Assembly (NCBI GenBank): GCA_964016885.1
Contig: OZ024740.1
Location: 276,458,001-276,522,000 of the forward strand
Direction: 5' to 3'
Source of the DNA: Eledone cirrhosa
Lineage: Eukaryota
Length of the DNA stretch: 64,000 nt
Shown: one piece after another, positions 11,740 through 25,021 of the stretch
How positions within the stretch are numbered: position 1 is the stretch's first letter
How the letters are laid out: every line of letters starts with the position of its first letter
Position numbers and translations under genes: made by a program
The notes under the pieces: model-generated
What the model was told of the DNA's origin: nothing
What the model saw: only the letters and a program-made list of their open reading frames with translations
Database searches by the model: none

Positions 11740-13482
11740 TGACATACATACACAAACATATATGCATGCATATATACATACATGACAAGCAATATCAATG
11801 TAAATACAGACATGGTCATACATACACAAACATATATGCATGCATATATACATACATGACAAGCAATATCAATGTAAATACAAACATGGTCATACATACA
11901 CAAACATATATGCATGCATATATACATATATGACAAGCAATATCAATGTAAATACAAACATGGTCATACATACACAAACATATATGCATGCATATATACA
12001 TATATGACAAGCAATATCAATGTAAATACAAACATGGTCATACATACACAAACATATATGCATAAATATACATACATGACAAGCAATATCAATGTAAATA
12101 CAGACATGGTCATACATACACAAACATATATGCATGCATATATACATATATGACAAGCAATATCAATGTAAATACAAACATGGTCATACATACACAAACA
12201 TATATGCATAAATATACATACATGACAAGCAATATCAATGTAAATACAGACATGGTCATACATACACAAACATATATGCATGCATATATACATATATGAC
12301 AAGCAATATCAATGTAAATACAAACATGGTCATACATACACAAACATATATGCATGCATATATACATACATGACAAGCAATATCAATGTAAATACAGACA
12401 TGGTCATACATACACAAACATATATGCATGCATATATACATATATGACAAGCAATATCAATGTAAATACAAACATGGTCATACATACACAAACATAAATG
12501 CATGCATATATACATACATGACAAGCAATATCAATGTAAATACAGACATGGTCATACATACACAAACATAAATGCATGCATATATACATATATGACAAGC
12601 AATATCAATGTAAATACAGACATGGTCATACATACACAAACATATATGCATGCATATATACATATATGACAAGCAATATCAATGTAAATACAAACATGGT
12701 CATACATACACAAACATATATGCATGCATATATACATATATGACAAGCAATATCAATGTAAATACAAACATGGTCATACATACACAAACATATATGCATA
12801 AATATACATACATGACAAGCAATATCAATGTAAATACAGACATGGTCATACATACACAAACATATATGCATGCATATATACATATATGACAAGCAATATC
12901 AATGTAAATACAAACATGGTCATACATACACAAACATATATGCATGCATATATACATATATGACAAGCAATATCAATGTAAATACAGACATGGTCATACA
13001 TACACAAACATATATGCATGCATATATACATATATGACAAGCAATATCAATGTAAATACAAACATGGACATACATACACAAACATATATGCATGCATATA
13101 TACATACATGACAAGCAATATCAATGTAAATACAAACATGGTCATACATACACAAACATATATGCATAAATATACATACATGACAAGCAATATCAATGTA
13201 AATACAGACATGGTCATACATACACAAACATATATGCATGCATATATACATACATGACAAGCAATATCAATGTAAATACAAACATGGACATACATACACA
13301 AACATATATGCATGCATATATACATATATGACAAGCAATATCAATGTAAATACAAACATGGACATACATACACAAACATATATGCATGCATATATACATA
13401 TATGACAAGCAATATCAATGTAAATACAGACATGGTCATACATACTCAAACATATATGCATGCATATATACATACATGACAA
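11740..13482. repeat. 74-bp (some 72-bp) minisatellite, about 23 units
   Basis: Unit ATGACAAGCAATATCAATGTAAATACARACATGGTCATACATACACAAACATATATGCATGCATATATACATAY, head-to-tail and nearly identical. Confidence 0.96.
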
Positions 13483-13937
13483 GATTGTAGGCTGTACACA
13501 GTTTTTGTCTACAACATTTCCCTCACAAGGCACTAGTCAGCCTGAAACTATGGTAGAAAACACTTTCGCAAGGTACCACAGAGTGGGACTGAACCCAAAG
13601 GCATGTGATTGCAAAATGGACTTCTTAACCTAACAACCATTTCTGCTCCAATGTATCTATTTATTTATTTTTATAAGGGTATCAAGTCTATATAATTTTT
13701 CAAAAAGTTGAAATGGGTTGAGAACTGTTCCTCCAAAAGAACACACTGACATTCAGATTGAATTTCAGAAGAAAAAAAATATGGGGGAGGTGGAGAAAAA
13801 GAAATGAGAGAAAGAATAATTATAGAGAACTAGCGAGAACTAGAGAGAACAATAGACCAATTCACAGGCACTTGGGGATTTAGAGATTATCCAACAGATG
13901 CATATATATACATTTATAAATACATACATGCATAATG

Positions 13938-14001
<64 letters not shown>

Positions 14002-14129
14002 CATACATATACACACACACACACACACATATACATATACACACACACATATATATGTGTGTGTATATGTATATATCTATATATCTATATGTATATATGT
14101 GTGTGTATATGTATATATCTATCTATCTC

Positions 14130-14162
<33 letters not shown>

Positions 14163-14163
14163 C

Positions 14164-14230
<67 letters not shown>

Positions 14231-14272
14231 ATATGTATATAATATCTATATATATCTATAAATGTGTGTGTC

Positions 14273-14328
<56 letters not shown>

Positions 14329-14377
14329 GACACACACATTTATAGATATATATAGAGATATATATATACATATACAG

Positions 14378-14434
<57 letters not shown>

Positions 14435-14443
14435 GACACACAC

Positions 14444-14488
<45 letters not shown>

Positions 14489-14761
14489 CAGACACTTATA
14501 TATATATATACAAACAAACATACATAATATATACACAGTCCTGCTTCCTTCCACTGCATCATCCACAACAGAAACACACCCACTCCAGCACCATCATCAT
14601 CATCACTACTACCAACATGACCACCCTACCTCCAATATTTACAGACTGTTTTGTCCACCCACTCTCCTTCATCTCTTCACACTACCCCCTCCCTCCCCCC
14701 TTTTAACACATGACACAGTTGTGTCTTTTATTTTGCTTTTGATGTTCTTTTGTATATTTTT

Positions 14762-14795
<34 letters not shown>

Positions 14796-14799
14796 TAGA

Positions 14800-14840
<41 letters not shown>

Positions 14841-14909
14841 ATATATATATATATGTGTGTGTATATATATATATATATGTGTGTATATGTATATATATAT
14901 ATGTATATG

Positions 14910-14952
<43 letters not shown>

Positions 14953-15025
14953 ATATATATATATATATATGTGTGTGTATATGTATATATGTATATGTAT
15001 ATATATATATGTGTATATGTATATG

Positions 15026-15057
<32 letters not shown>

Positions 15058-15080
15058 TATGTTTATATATATAGACATAC

Positions 15081-15114
<34 letters not shown>

Positions 15115-15732
15115 CACATACATATATACTATATATACACATTTATATATATACACACATACACATATATATATATACACACACATATATATATATACAC
15201 ACATACACATATATATACACACATACACATATACTATATATACATAAATATGTTTATATATATATAGAGAGAGAGAGTGAGAGTATGATTATATATATAT
15301 GTATATGTATGTGTGTCTGTGTTTATATTCTTTCACTTTGTGTGTTTTTTTTTTATTATGGTGGTCTACTATGCCCTCACCCTCCCACTTCACTTACCCC
15401 ACCCCTTAATTTTATCTCCATCCCCTTCTCCTCCCCCACACTTCCAATTCCATTTAAATTTAGAAAGAGTATGGGTTAAAAATAACTTCTCTCCACTGCT
15501 GCTGCCGCCCAAAATATAAATGTCTTGTGTGTAGGTTGGTTGGCTGACTGGCACAGTATAGTCTGCTGATGTTGTGTTGGTGTTGTGTTGGTGTTGGTGT
15601 TGTTGGTGTTGTTGGTGGTGTTGTTGTTGTTGTTTTTAAAAAGTTTTGTTATTGTTGTTGCCCTTGTTGTTGTTTTTTCTTTTTTTTTCTTTTTCTCTTA
15701 CACACACCACATCATTACTTCTCACACAAGTA

Positions 15733-15766
<34 letters not shown>

Positions 15767-15771
15767 GCACG

Positions 15772-15812
<41 letters not shown>

Positions 15813-15816
<4 letters not shown>

Positions 15817-15880
15817 CGAAGGAGTTGTGGTAAGGAACCAGATGGACCATAACGCACCAGAGTACTCAATACTTAGGGTA
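15813..15880 (-). mobile_element. Truncated copy of the TA-embedded element family seen at 17350 and 58137
   Basis: TAACGAAGGAGTTGTGGTAAGGAACCAGATGGACCATAACGCACCAGAGTACTCAATACTTAGGGTAG, fused to an RTE/SINE-like tail fragment. Confidence 0.8.
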
Positions 15881-16837
15881 GACGGGTTGTCCTGTTGTGA
15901 GCAATGCCAGGTCAGGTGTCCATGTCTTGCTCGTACAGATATATATAAATATATGTGTGTGTGTGTATATATATATATATATGCAGAAGTTATATTTAAT
16001 TTGTTGGGCTTCCAACAAGCTTAAAAGTTTATAACTGATATAAAGCACTCAACAGTGAACTGGAGTAAATATTCAATATATTAATAAATGGAAACTATAT
16101 TTATAAAACCATAATTATTTTATTATATATATTTCAAGGGCAACCATTGTATATATATATATACATGTGCACATATATACATAGATAGATAGATAGATAG
16201 AATGTATGTATGTGTGTGTGTACGTCTTCTTAAATGCCCATCACATACACTTACACTACACATATGAAATGAGCAAAGAAAAGGACCCACTACATAGTAG
16301 CTGAATCTGCTAGAAATAACAGCCAGCTCTTTCTCAAACTCCTCCCTAATCATCATCCTTATCATTTTTATGTCATAGGTTGAACCTTTTCAGACAGTAT
16401 TGTACAGCCTGATGCCCTTCTTGATATTAACTTTTTAGTAAATTATCATGCCTAGAACTCCCTTAATCATAGGTCTTCTGATTTAGCTACTGACTGACCT
16501 GGTGCTAAACAACAGCAACAACTAAACAACAGCAACAACATTACACATTTACCAAACAGCAATAGCATGGCTAAGAACTAACTAAAACATATTCATCATG
16601 TAGCATCGGGGCTCAAATCTCATGCTAGTGGGCTACGTGAGCAAGCAGACAAGCCCACATACAAAAGCATTGGATGTGTATGCACATGTGCATGTTGATG
16701 TTGTTGTAGCTGCTCTTATTTCTGACACTTTTATGGCTTTTTTTCTACACACACATACACAAACACATAAATATATATACATACATGTATGCAAACCATA
16801 CTTATGATTTCGTTTGTCTTTTACACACATATATTTA

Positions 16838-17094
16838 ATATAGAAATGGCTTCTACAGGACTAGAGCTGTTTCATTCGGGAGAAATCATCCTGATGAATT
16901 CCCCCGAATGAAATAGCTCTAGTCCTATAGAAGCCATTTCTATATGAAATATTTATACCCTGCTATGTATTAAGTACCTTACTTACTGTGGTTACTCTCT
17001 ATTGAACCCGGGATAAACTTAAGTAAGGTACTTAATACATAGCAGGGTATAAATATTTCATATAGAAATGGCTTCTATAGGATTAGAGCTATTT
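16838..17094. repeat. Nested double inverted repeat with a hammerhead core at the apex
   Basis: IR1 is 16838-16890/16893-16945; IR2 is 16911-16985/17020-17094 (one mismatch). CTGATGA-ATTC-CCCC-GAAT-GAAA lies at 16891-16913. Confidence 0.88.
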
Positions 17095-17349
17095 ATATAT
17101 ATATATATATACACATACATACATACATACACATACATACACATATATACATACTTGCATGCAAACATAAACTTTGCTTGTTTTTACACACAGACACACA
17201 CATGCACATATATATATATATACACATACATACATACACATACATACACATATATACATACTTGCACGCAAACATAAACTTCGCTTGTTTTTACACACAG
17301 ACACACACACATATATACACACTCACACACACGCACATATATATATATA

Positions 17350-17551
17350 TAACGAAGGAAATGTGGTAAGGAACCAGGTGGACCATAACGCACCAAAGTA
17401 CTCAATACTTAGGGTAGTAGAGTGGGTAATAGGAACAAGTAAGACCCCGACGGCTGAGCTCAAGCCGTTTCGACGGCTAATTCTGTACTCAATTCTGTAC
17501 AGAATTAGCCGTCGAAACGGCTTGAGCTCAGCCGTCGGGGTCTTACTTGTT

Positions 17552-17556
<5 letters not shown>
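17350..17556. mobile_element. TA-embedded element ending in a perfect 60-bp hairpin containing the 3' half of a hammerhead
   Basis: Arms 17429-17488/17497-17556; GAAAC-GGCT-TGAGCTC-AGCC-GTC at 17514-17536. Confidence 0.85.
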
Positions 17557-17593
<37 letters not shown>

Positions 17594-17877
17594 CACACTC
17601 ATGTATACCAGTATGTTCACAGACACACAGACAGGAGTTCCATATACACAGTAGCCTTATTAAAACTACTCAGAGTATGTTATTTTTCCCCCCCTTTCTC
17701 ATTTCCTCTAGTCATACAAAGAGGACAACATCCTTTCTCTTTAGTCAACAACCACCACACAACCACACTGAGCAGCTTCCTATAAATCTCTTGTTTTGTT
17801 GTCATGTTAAACATCTTTCAGACTTCTTCAAGTTTCATTTTAAATACCCTTGCTCCCTCTCCATCCATCTCTCTCTC

Positions 17878-17928
<51 letters not shown>

Positions 17929-18389
17929 CTTCCTCACTCTCTCATCCTCCCTCTCGATCTATCTCTCTATCTCTTCCCCATTCTCACATTCTCCTCCCTC
18001 CCCTCTCTATCTATTTATCTCTTCCTCTCTTCCTATCTATCTCTTCTGCACTCTCTCCATCTCTGTCTCTCTCTATCTCTCTATCCCTCACTCTCTCTCT
18101 CTCTCTTTGTTCCCCCTCTCTATCCTTCTCACTCCCTCCCTCCCTTTCTAGCCCTTTTTCCTCACCTCTCTCTTTCTGTTTTGGGTTTTTTTTTCAATAC
18201 CTCTTCTTGTGAATCATCCCCCAACCCCCACCCCAGCCCATTATCTTATGCTAATAACAATAGTTTTTCTACTACAGTGGTACTGTGGTACCAATGTCCT
18301 GGTCTTTCTCTCCACTACACACACACTCACACAACACACAAATCCACACTTATGAATATATATACATAAATACTTATTTGCATACACAA

Positions 18390-18786
18390 AATCATCATCA
18401 TCATCATCAACATTTTACATCCGCTTTTCCTTGCTTGCAAGGGTGGGACGGGAACTGATTTTGGCTTGATTTCTACAGCTGGATGCCTTTCCTAACACCA
18501 ACCTCATTTACAGTGAGTGCTGGGTGCTTTTTTTCCGTGGCGTCTACACGTCCACTTTACAGTGTGGGCTGGGTGCTTTTTTGCTGTGGCACCTCCACGA
18601 CCACTTTACAGTGAAATGATAGGGACCCCAGTCCTATCATCTCATTTCTACAGCTGAGTAAACTGGAGCAATGTGAAATAAAGTGTCTTGCTCAAGGAAA
18701 CAAGACATCACCCGGTCTGAGAATTGAACTCACAACCTTTCGATTGCAAGGCCAATGCTTGCAATCGAAAGGTTGTGAGTTCAATT
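18390..18786 (-). mobile_element. CORE-like SINE with a fold-back inversion at its 5' end
   Basis: Reverse complement of the 10787 family; 18722-18786 forms a 29-bp hairpin. Confidence 0.85.
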
Positions 18787-18912
18787 TACTCATATATATA
18801 TATATATTATTCAAAATGTTAATAAATGAAAAATATTCTCATAATCATATTATTCAATTCCAGTATTGGAATTGAATAATCAAAACTGTAGCGGAATGTC
18901 ACATATCAAATC

Positions 18913-18981
18913 ATATATTTTGTCTGATGAAAACGTACTTAAGCACCATTGTACCTTTGAAATATGTATAATAAAATATAT
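18913..18981 (+). ncRNA. Type I hammerhead ribozyme motif
   Basis: ATATATTTTGT-CTGATGA-AAACGTAC-(12 nt)-GTACCTTT-GAAA-T-ATGT-ATA-ATAAAATATAT: 11-bp stem I, 8-bp stem II (one mismatch), minimal stem III, predicted cut after AUA at 18970. Confidence 0.82.
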
Positions 18982-19120
18982 ATTTTGATTATGAGAATAT
19001 TTTTCATTTATTAACATTTTGAATAATATTGAATACTCCAGGAAAATCTCTTGTCGAGTGCTTCTAATCTATTGTAAAATTGATTTCGTTGATTAATCAA
19101 CGAACCATATTAATCTTTGG

Positions 19121-19160
<40 letters not shown>

Positions 19161-19299
19161 ATATATATGTGTGTGTGTGTGTGTCTCTCACCTCCCCCCC
19201 CCCTCTCTCACACACCTCTGAAATAAAGACGGTCCAATATTTAAAATAAGGTTATGGCCAGCCTCTAAAGCTCCTCCTTTCCCTTTTCTGCATTCTTGT

Positions 19300-20047
19300 T
19301 CTTTTTCTTCTTCTTCTTCTTCTTCTTCTTCTTCTTCTTCTTCTTCTTCTCCTTCTTCTTCTTCTTCTTCTTCTTCTTCTTCTCCTTCTTCTTCTCCTTC
19401 TTCTTCTTCTTCTTCTTCTTCTTCTCCTTCTTCTCCTTCTTCTTCTCCTTCTCCTCCTTCTTCTTCTCCTTCTCCTCCTTCTTCTTCTCCTTCTTCTTCT
19501 TCTTCTCCTTCTTCTCCTTCTTCTTCTTCTCCTTCTTCTCCTTCTCCTTCTTCTCCTTCTTCTTCTCCTTCTTCTCCTTCTTCTTCTCCTTCTTCTCCTT
19601 CTTCTTCTCCTTCTCCTTCTTCTTCTTCTTCTTCTTCTCCTTCTTCTCCTTCTCCTTCTTCTTCTCCTTCTTCTCCTTCTTCTTCTTCTTCTTCTCCTTC
19701 TCCTTCTTCTCCTTCTTCTTCTCCTTCTCCTTCTCCTTCTTTTTCTTCTTCTCCTTCTTCTCCTTCTCCTTCTTCTCCTTCTTCTTCTCCTTCTTCTTCT
19801 TCTCCTTTTTCTCCTTCTTCTTCTCCTTCTTCCTCTTCTCCTTCTTCTCCTTCTTCTTCTCTTTCTTCTCCTTCTTCTTCTCCTTCCTCTTCTTCTCCTT
19901 CTTCTCCTTCTTCTTCTTCTTCTTCTTCTTCTCCTTCTTCTCCTTCTTCTTCTCCTTCTTCTCCTTCTTCTTCTCCTTCTCCTTCTTCTTCTCCTTCTTC
20001 TCCTTCTTCTCCTTCTTCTTCTCCTCCTTCTCCTTCTCCTCCTCCTC
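19300..20047. repeat. (CTT/CTC)n polypyrimidine tract, ~750 bp
   Basis: Seen directly. Confidence 0.97.
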
Positions 20048-20052
20048 CACAC

Positions 20053-20388
20053 TGTGTTCAAATCCCACCGAGGTTAGCTTTGCCTTTCATTCTTACAGGG
20101 TCGATAAAATAAAGTACCAGTAACGCACTGGGGGTCGACTTAATCCACTTCCCCCCTCCCTCAAAATGTGTTAGCCTTGTGCCTAAATCAGGAACCATTA
20201 TGGTGGATTGGCAGTATCGGTAGAGGGTCGGACGCCATGCTTTGCAGCATAGTTACGTCCCTTTACGATCTGAGTTCAAATCCCGCCGAGGTTGACTTTG
20301 CCTTTCATCCTTACGGGGTCGATAAAATAAAGTACCAGTAATACACTGGCTAATTGCTGGCCTTGTGCCTAAAGTAGAAACAATTATT
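20053..20388 (+). mobile_element. Two tandem MetaSINE-like tRNA SINE copies
   Basis: B box GTTCAAATCCC, central GCCTTTCATCCTTACGGGGTCGATAAAATAAAGTACCAG domain and (ATT)n tail. Confidence 0.8.
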
Positions 20389-20519
20389 TGTAACCAACAA
20401 AGTAATTTCTATGTGGTTACTTGACCTTCTAGATATAACAGCCAGATACTTTAATTCATACTCTACTATCTCCAGAGTCACTTATCAGATTATATTACAT
20501 ATGATATTATATGTATATA

Positions 20520-20627
20520 TAATTGTTTCTACTTTAGGCACAAGGCCAGCAAATACCCAGTGTATTACTGGTACTTTATTATATCGACCCCGTAAGGATG
20601 AAAGGCAAAGTTAACCTCGGCGGGATT
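20520..20627 (-). mobile_element. MetaSINE-like partial copy, inverted relative to 20201-20388
   Basis: Reverse complement of the same domain. Confidence 0.8.
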
Positions 20628-20839
20628 ATATGTTTTACATAATATGATATTATATACATGATATCTAATGTTAATTGCTGGAATGCTTTTAATGATATCA
20701 TAAGGCTGCTCAATGAGGGCTGACCTAGGGCTAAACGACGATTATTTTTTCATTTCAATCTCTCTCTTCTTTCTTTATCACATCTTCAAATCATCCTCCC
20801 CAAATCTTCTCAGCATCCTTACCACCACCAGCACAATCT

Positions 20840-22100
20840 CTGTCTCTCTCTACCTCTAATTCCTTACTCACTATATTACACAACCAACAGCAACCACTAC
20901 CACTTATACTACCACCACTACCACAACAACCACTGTCTCTCACTATATTACACAACCACAGCAACCACTACCACTTATACTACCACCACTACCACTTATA
21001 CTACCACCACTACCACAACAACCACTGTCTCTCACTATATTACACAACCACAGCAACCACTACCACTTATACTACCACCACTACCACTTATACTACCACC
21101 ACTACCACAACAACCACTGTCTCTCACTATATTACACAACCACAGCAACCACTACCACTTATACTACCACCACTACCACTTATACTACCACCACTACCAC
21201 AACAACCACTGTCTCTCACTATATTACACAACCACAGCAACCACTACCACTTATACTACCACCACTACCACAACAACCACTGTCTCTCACTATATTACAC
21301 AACCACAGCAACCACTACCACTTATACTACCACCACTACCACAACAACCACTGTCTCTCTCTACCTCCAATTCCTTACTCATTATATTACACAACCACAG
21401 CAACCACTACCATTTATACTACCACCACTACCACAGCAACCACTACTACTTATACTACCACCACTACCACTTATACTACCACCACTACCACAGCAACCAC
21501 TACTACTTATACTACCACCACTACCACTTATACTACCACCACTACCACTTATACTACCACCACTACCACAACAACCACTGTCTCTCTCTACCCCCAATTC
21601 CTTACTTACTATATTACACAACCAACAGCAACCACTACCACTTATACTACCACCACTACCACAACAACCACTGTCTCTCTCTACCTCCAATTCCTTACTC
21701 ACTATATTACACAACCACAGCAACCACTACCACTTATACTACCACCACTACCACAGCAACCACTACCACTTATACTACCACCACTTATACTACCACCACT
21801 ACCACTTATACTACCACCACTACCACTTATACTACCACCACTACCACAACAACCACTGTCTCTCTCTACCTCCAATTCCTTACTTACTATATTACACAAC
21901 CACAGCAACCACTACCACTTATACTACCACCACTACCACAGCAACCACTACCACTTATACTACCACCACTTATACTACCACCACTACCACTTATACTACC
22001 ACCACTACCACAACAACCACTGTCTCTCTCTACCTCCAATTCCTTACTTACTATATTACACAACCAACAGCAACCACTACCACTACCACTTCCACTATCA
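20840..22100. repeat. CCACTA-based complex minisatellite (21-bp subunits within ~70-130 bp higher-order units)
   Basis: Recurring CTATATTACACAACCACAGCAACCACTACCACTTATACTACCA. Confidence 0.93.
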
Positions 22101-22342
22101 CTACCACCACTACTGTTGCCACCACTACTATAACTACGTCATTTCCTGTTTATTTTCCCACCAAAGTACCAAACTTAAGTACCATTCATTTCAGTAACAC
22201 ACTCTCTCTGTCTGTCTCTTTCTATCTCACCCTTCATTTCAATATCTTCTCCTCAACAACTCTTTTTTATTTCTTCTTTCTTCCCCCCTCTCTCTCTCTT
22301 TATGAGCGTGTGTGTATGTGTATGTGTGTGTGTGTGTATATA

Positions 22343-22405
<63 letters not shown>

Positions 22406-22476
22406 ATATATATATATGTATATGTATATATAATATATGTATATATATATATATATATAATATGTATATATGTATA

Positions 22477-22536
<60 letters not shown>

Positions 22537-22538
22537 TG

Positions 22539-22585
<47 letters not shown>

Positions 22586-22586
22586 A

Positions 22587-22629
<43 letters not shown>

Positions 22630-22631
22630 AT

Positions 22632-22697
<66 letters not shown>

Positions 22698-22736
22698 ATA
22701 TATACATACATACATATATACATACATATACATGCA

Positions 22737-22835
<99 letters not shown>

Positions 22836-23004
22836 ATGTATGTATATATATATGTGTATATGTATGTATATATATATGTATATATGTATGTATGTATATG
22901 TATGTATATATGTATATATGTATGTATATGTATGTATATATATATGTATATATGTATATGTATGTATATATATATGTATGTATATGTATGTGTGTATGTG
23001 TATG

Positions 23005-23053
<49 letters not shown>

Positions 23054-23095
23054 ATGTGTATGTATATATATATATATATATATATACATATATAC

Positions 23096-23135
<40 letters not shown>

Positions 23136-23615
23136 TTCTATCTATTTATCTTATTTACTACTCTCCTCCCACCTCTGCTGAAATCCTTGACCTAAGTTTA
23201 CATCATAGCTTGTAGTACTACAACAACACAATGACACACACACATATACACTCACACAGATATACACTGACATTAACACATACAACCACAGACATACCCA
23301 CACAAATACTATCTCCTTCATCTCTCCACCTCACCCACATGAAACACATGATACCAGACTCATAATGTATCATACAACCAAGTACATATGTGCTCGCACT
23401 TTCTGTAATGTATCACCTCCTCTTTTGAATATACAAATATTTACACTCTACACCTCTCTCTCTTTCTCACTTTTTCTGATTTTCTCTCTCTCGCTTGCTC
23501 TCACACATGCAATTCACACTTACACACAGACACACATTCTCTATAAATTTCTTTGAAAAATTCAAGTTCATTAATACTATATATATATATATATATATAT
23601 ATAAATATATATAAA

Positions 23616-24087
23616 GTAAAACCTACTAGTCAGTAGGCATCTCTAACAAAATACACCCCCGTCCCACCCCATCCACACCGCCCCCTTCAATGCAAAGTTA
23701 TGTTGGTACCACAACATCCAGGCCAAAACAAATGAGATCGTGTAGGTGTCACGACAAAAAAACACACAGTCCACGCTGTAATGTGGCCGTGTAGGCAACA
23801 CGGTAAAAACCTCCCAGTCCCACACTGTAAATGTGGTTGGTGTTAGGAAGGGCATCCAGCTGTAGAAAACACGCCAGACAGTCCACGCTGTAATGTGGCC
23901 GTGTAGGCAACACGGTAAAAACCTCCCAGCCCCACACTGTAAATGTGGTTGGTGTTAGGAAGGGCATCCAGCTGTAGAAAACCCGCCTGACAGTCCTATG
24001 CGAGCAAAACAACCACTCTTGCCTCAAGTGGGAAAACCCCCGTCCAAACCCATGCAAGCGTGGAACAGGGACGTTAAACGATGATGA

Positions 24088-24090
<3 letters not shown>
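23616..24090 (+). mobile_element. RTE LINE 3' UTR-only copy
   Basis: Homologous to 6859-7345, including the internal tandem duplication and (TGA)n tail; inserted in (TA)n. Confidence 0.88.
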
Positions 24091-24138
<48 letters not shown>

Positions 24139-24635
24139 CTTTCGCATGTTTAAGATGTGTCTTTCGCCTTCTCGTCAATATTCGCAAGTTCTTATGTTCA
24201 AAATGAATCATTGACTTGATTTTCTCATTTTTCCTCTCTTTATGTTGCCTCACCATTCGTGTTTGTTTACCTGTCTCTCTTTCTCCACCCAATTCTTTTT
24301 ATCCCAATAACTTATTTTAGTTATTGTTCACGCTAGCCTGAGGTATCTGGTCTTTAATGCGAAGAAATACCTATGATGGCTAGTAGACCACTGATGATGG
24401 ATAGTCCTGGCTTCTATTTCTAATTCTTCATTTTAATTTGTATATCACATTTGCAACAACACAGCACGCAATTTTTCATTCACTTATATATATATATATA
24501 AATATATATATAAATATATAGTATTAATGAACTTGAATAAATATATGTGTAAAAGGTAAACAGAAATAACAACACAATCGGTACAGTATATGGAAGGTAT
24601 ATATTAGGTTAACGCTTGATATAGCAGGAAGAGGG

Positions 24636-24671
24636 TCTTAACGTTTCGGACGCTAGTCCTTCATCGGAAGA
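24636..24671 (-). ncRNA. Minimal hammerhead-like motif with a core substitution
   Basis: The minus strand reads TCTT-CCGATGA-A-GGAC-TAGC-GTCC-GAAAC-GTT-AAGA; a decayed relative lies at 52199-52234(+). Confidence 0.65.
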
Positions 24672-24759
24672 AAGAATGAGAAATAAAATAGATTAAGGAG
24701 ACGGGCGGGATGCAATTGGAAAAAATGTCTTTAGATAAAAATTATAGGTCCATTCATGA

Positions 24760-24899
<140 letters not shown>

Positions 24900-24976
24900 G
24901 AATTATTTCCGTAGGAAGGGTAAAGGAAAGGAGAGTGCTCTATGTAAGCTTCAGCGCTATTTAGTTATGTAATAAA

Positions 24977-25021
<45 letters not shown>

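Noticed and set aside
11740-13482. Possible CRISPR-like array
   Set aside because: Units are near-identical along their whole length with no unique spacers, in a eukaryotic context with no cas genes.
15476-15485. MEF2 autoregulatory site TTAAAAATAA
   Set aside because: It fits YTA(W)4TAR but is expected by chance in such AT-rich DNA, and no conservation data are available.
24074-24292. Penelope GIY-YIG ORF remnant
   Set aside because: A basic peptide near a hammerhead island, but no recognisable GIY-YIG or RT motif.
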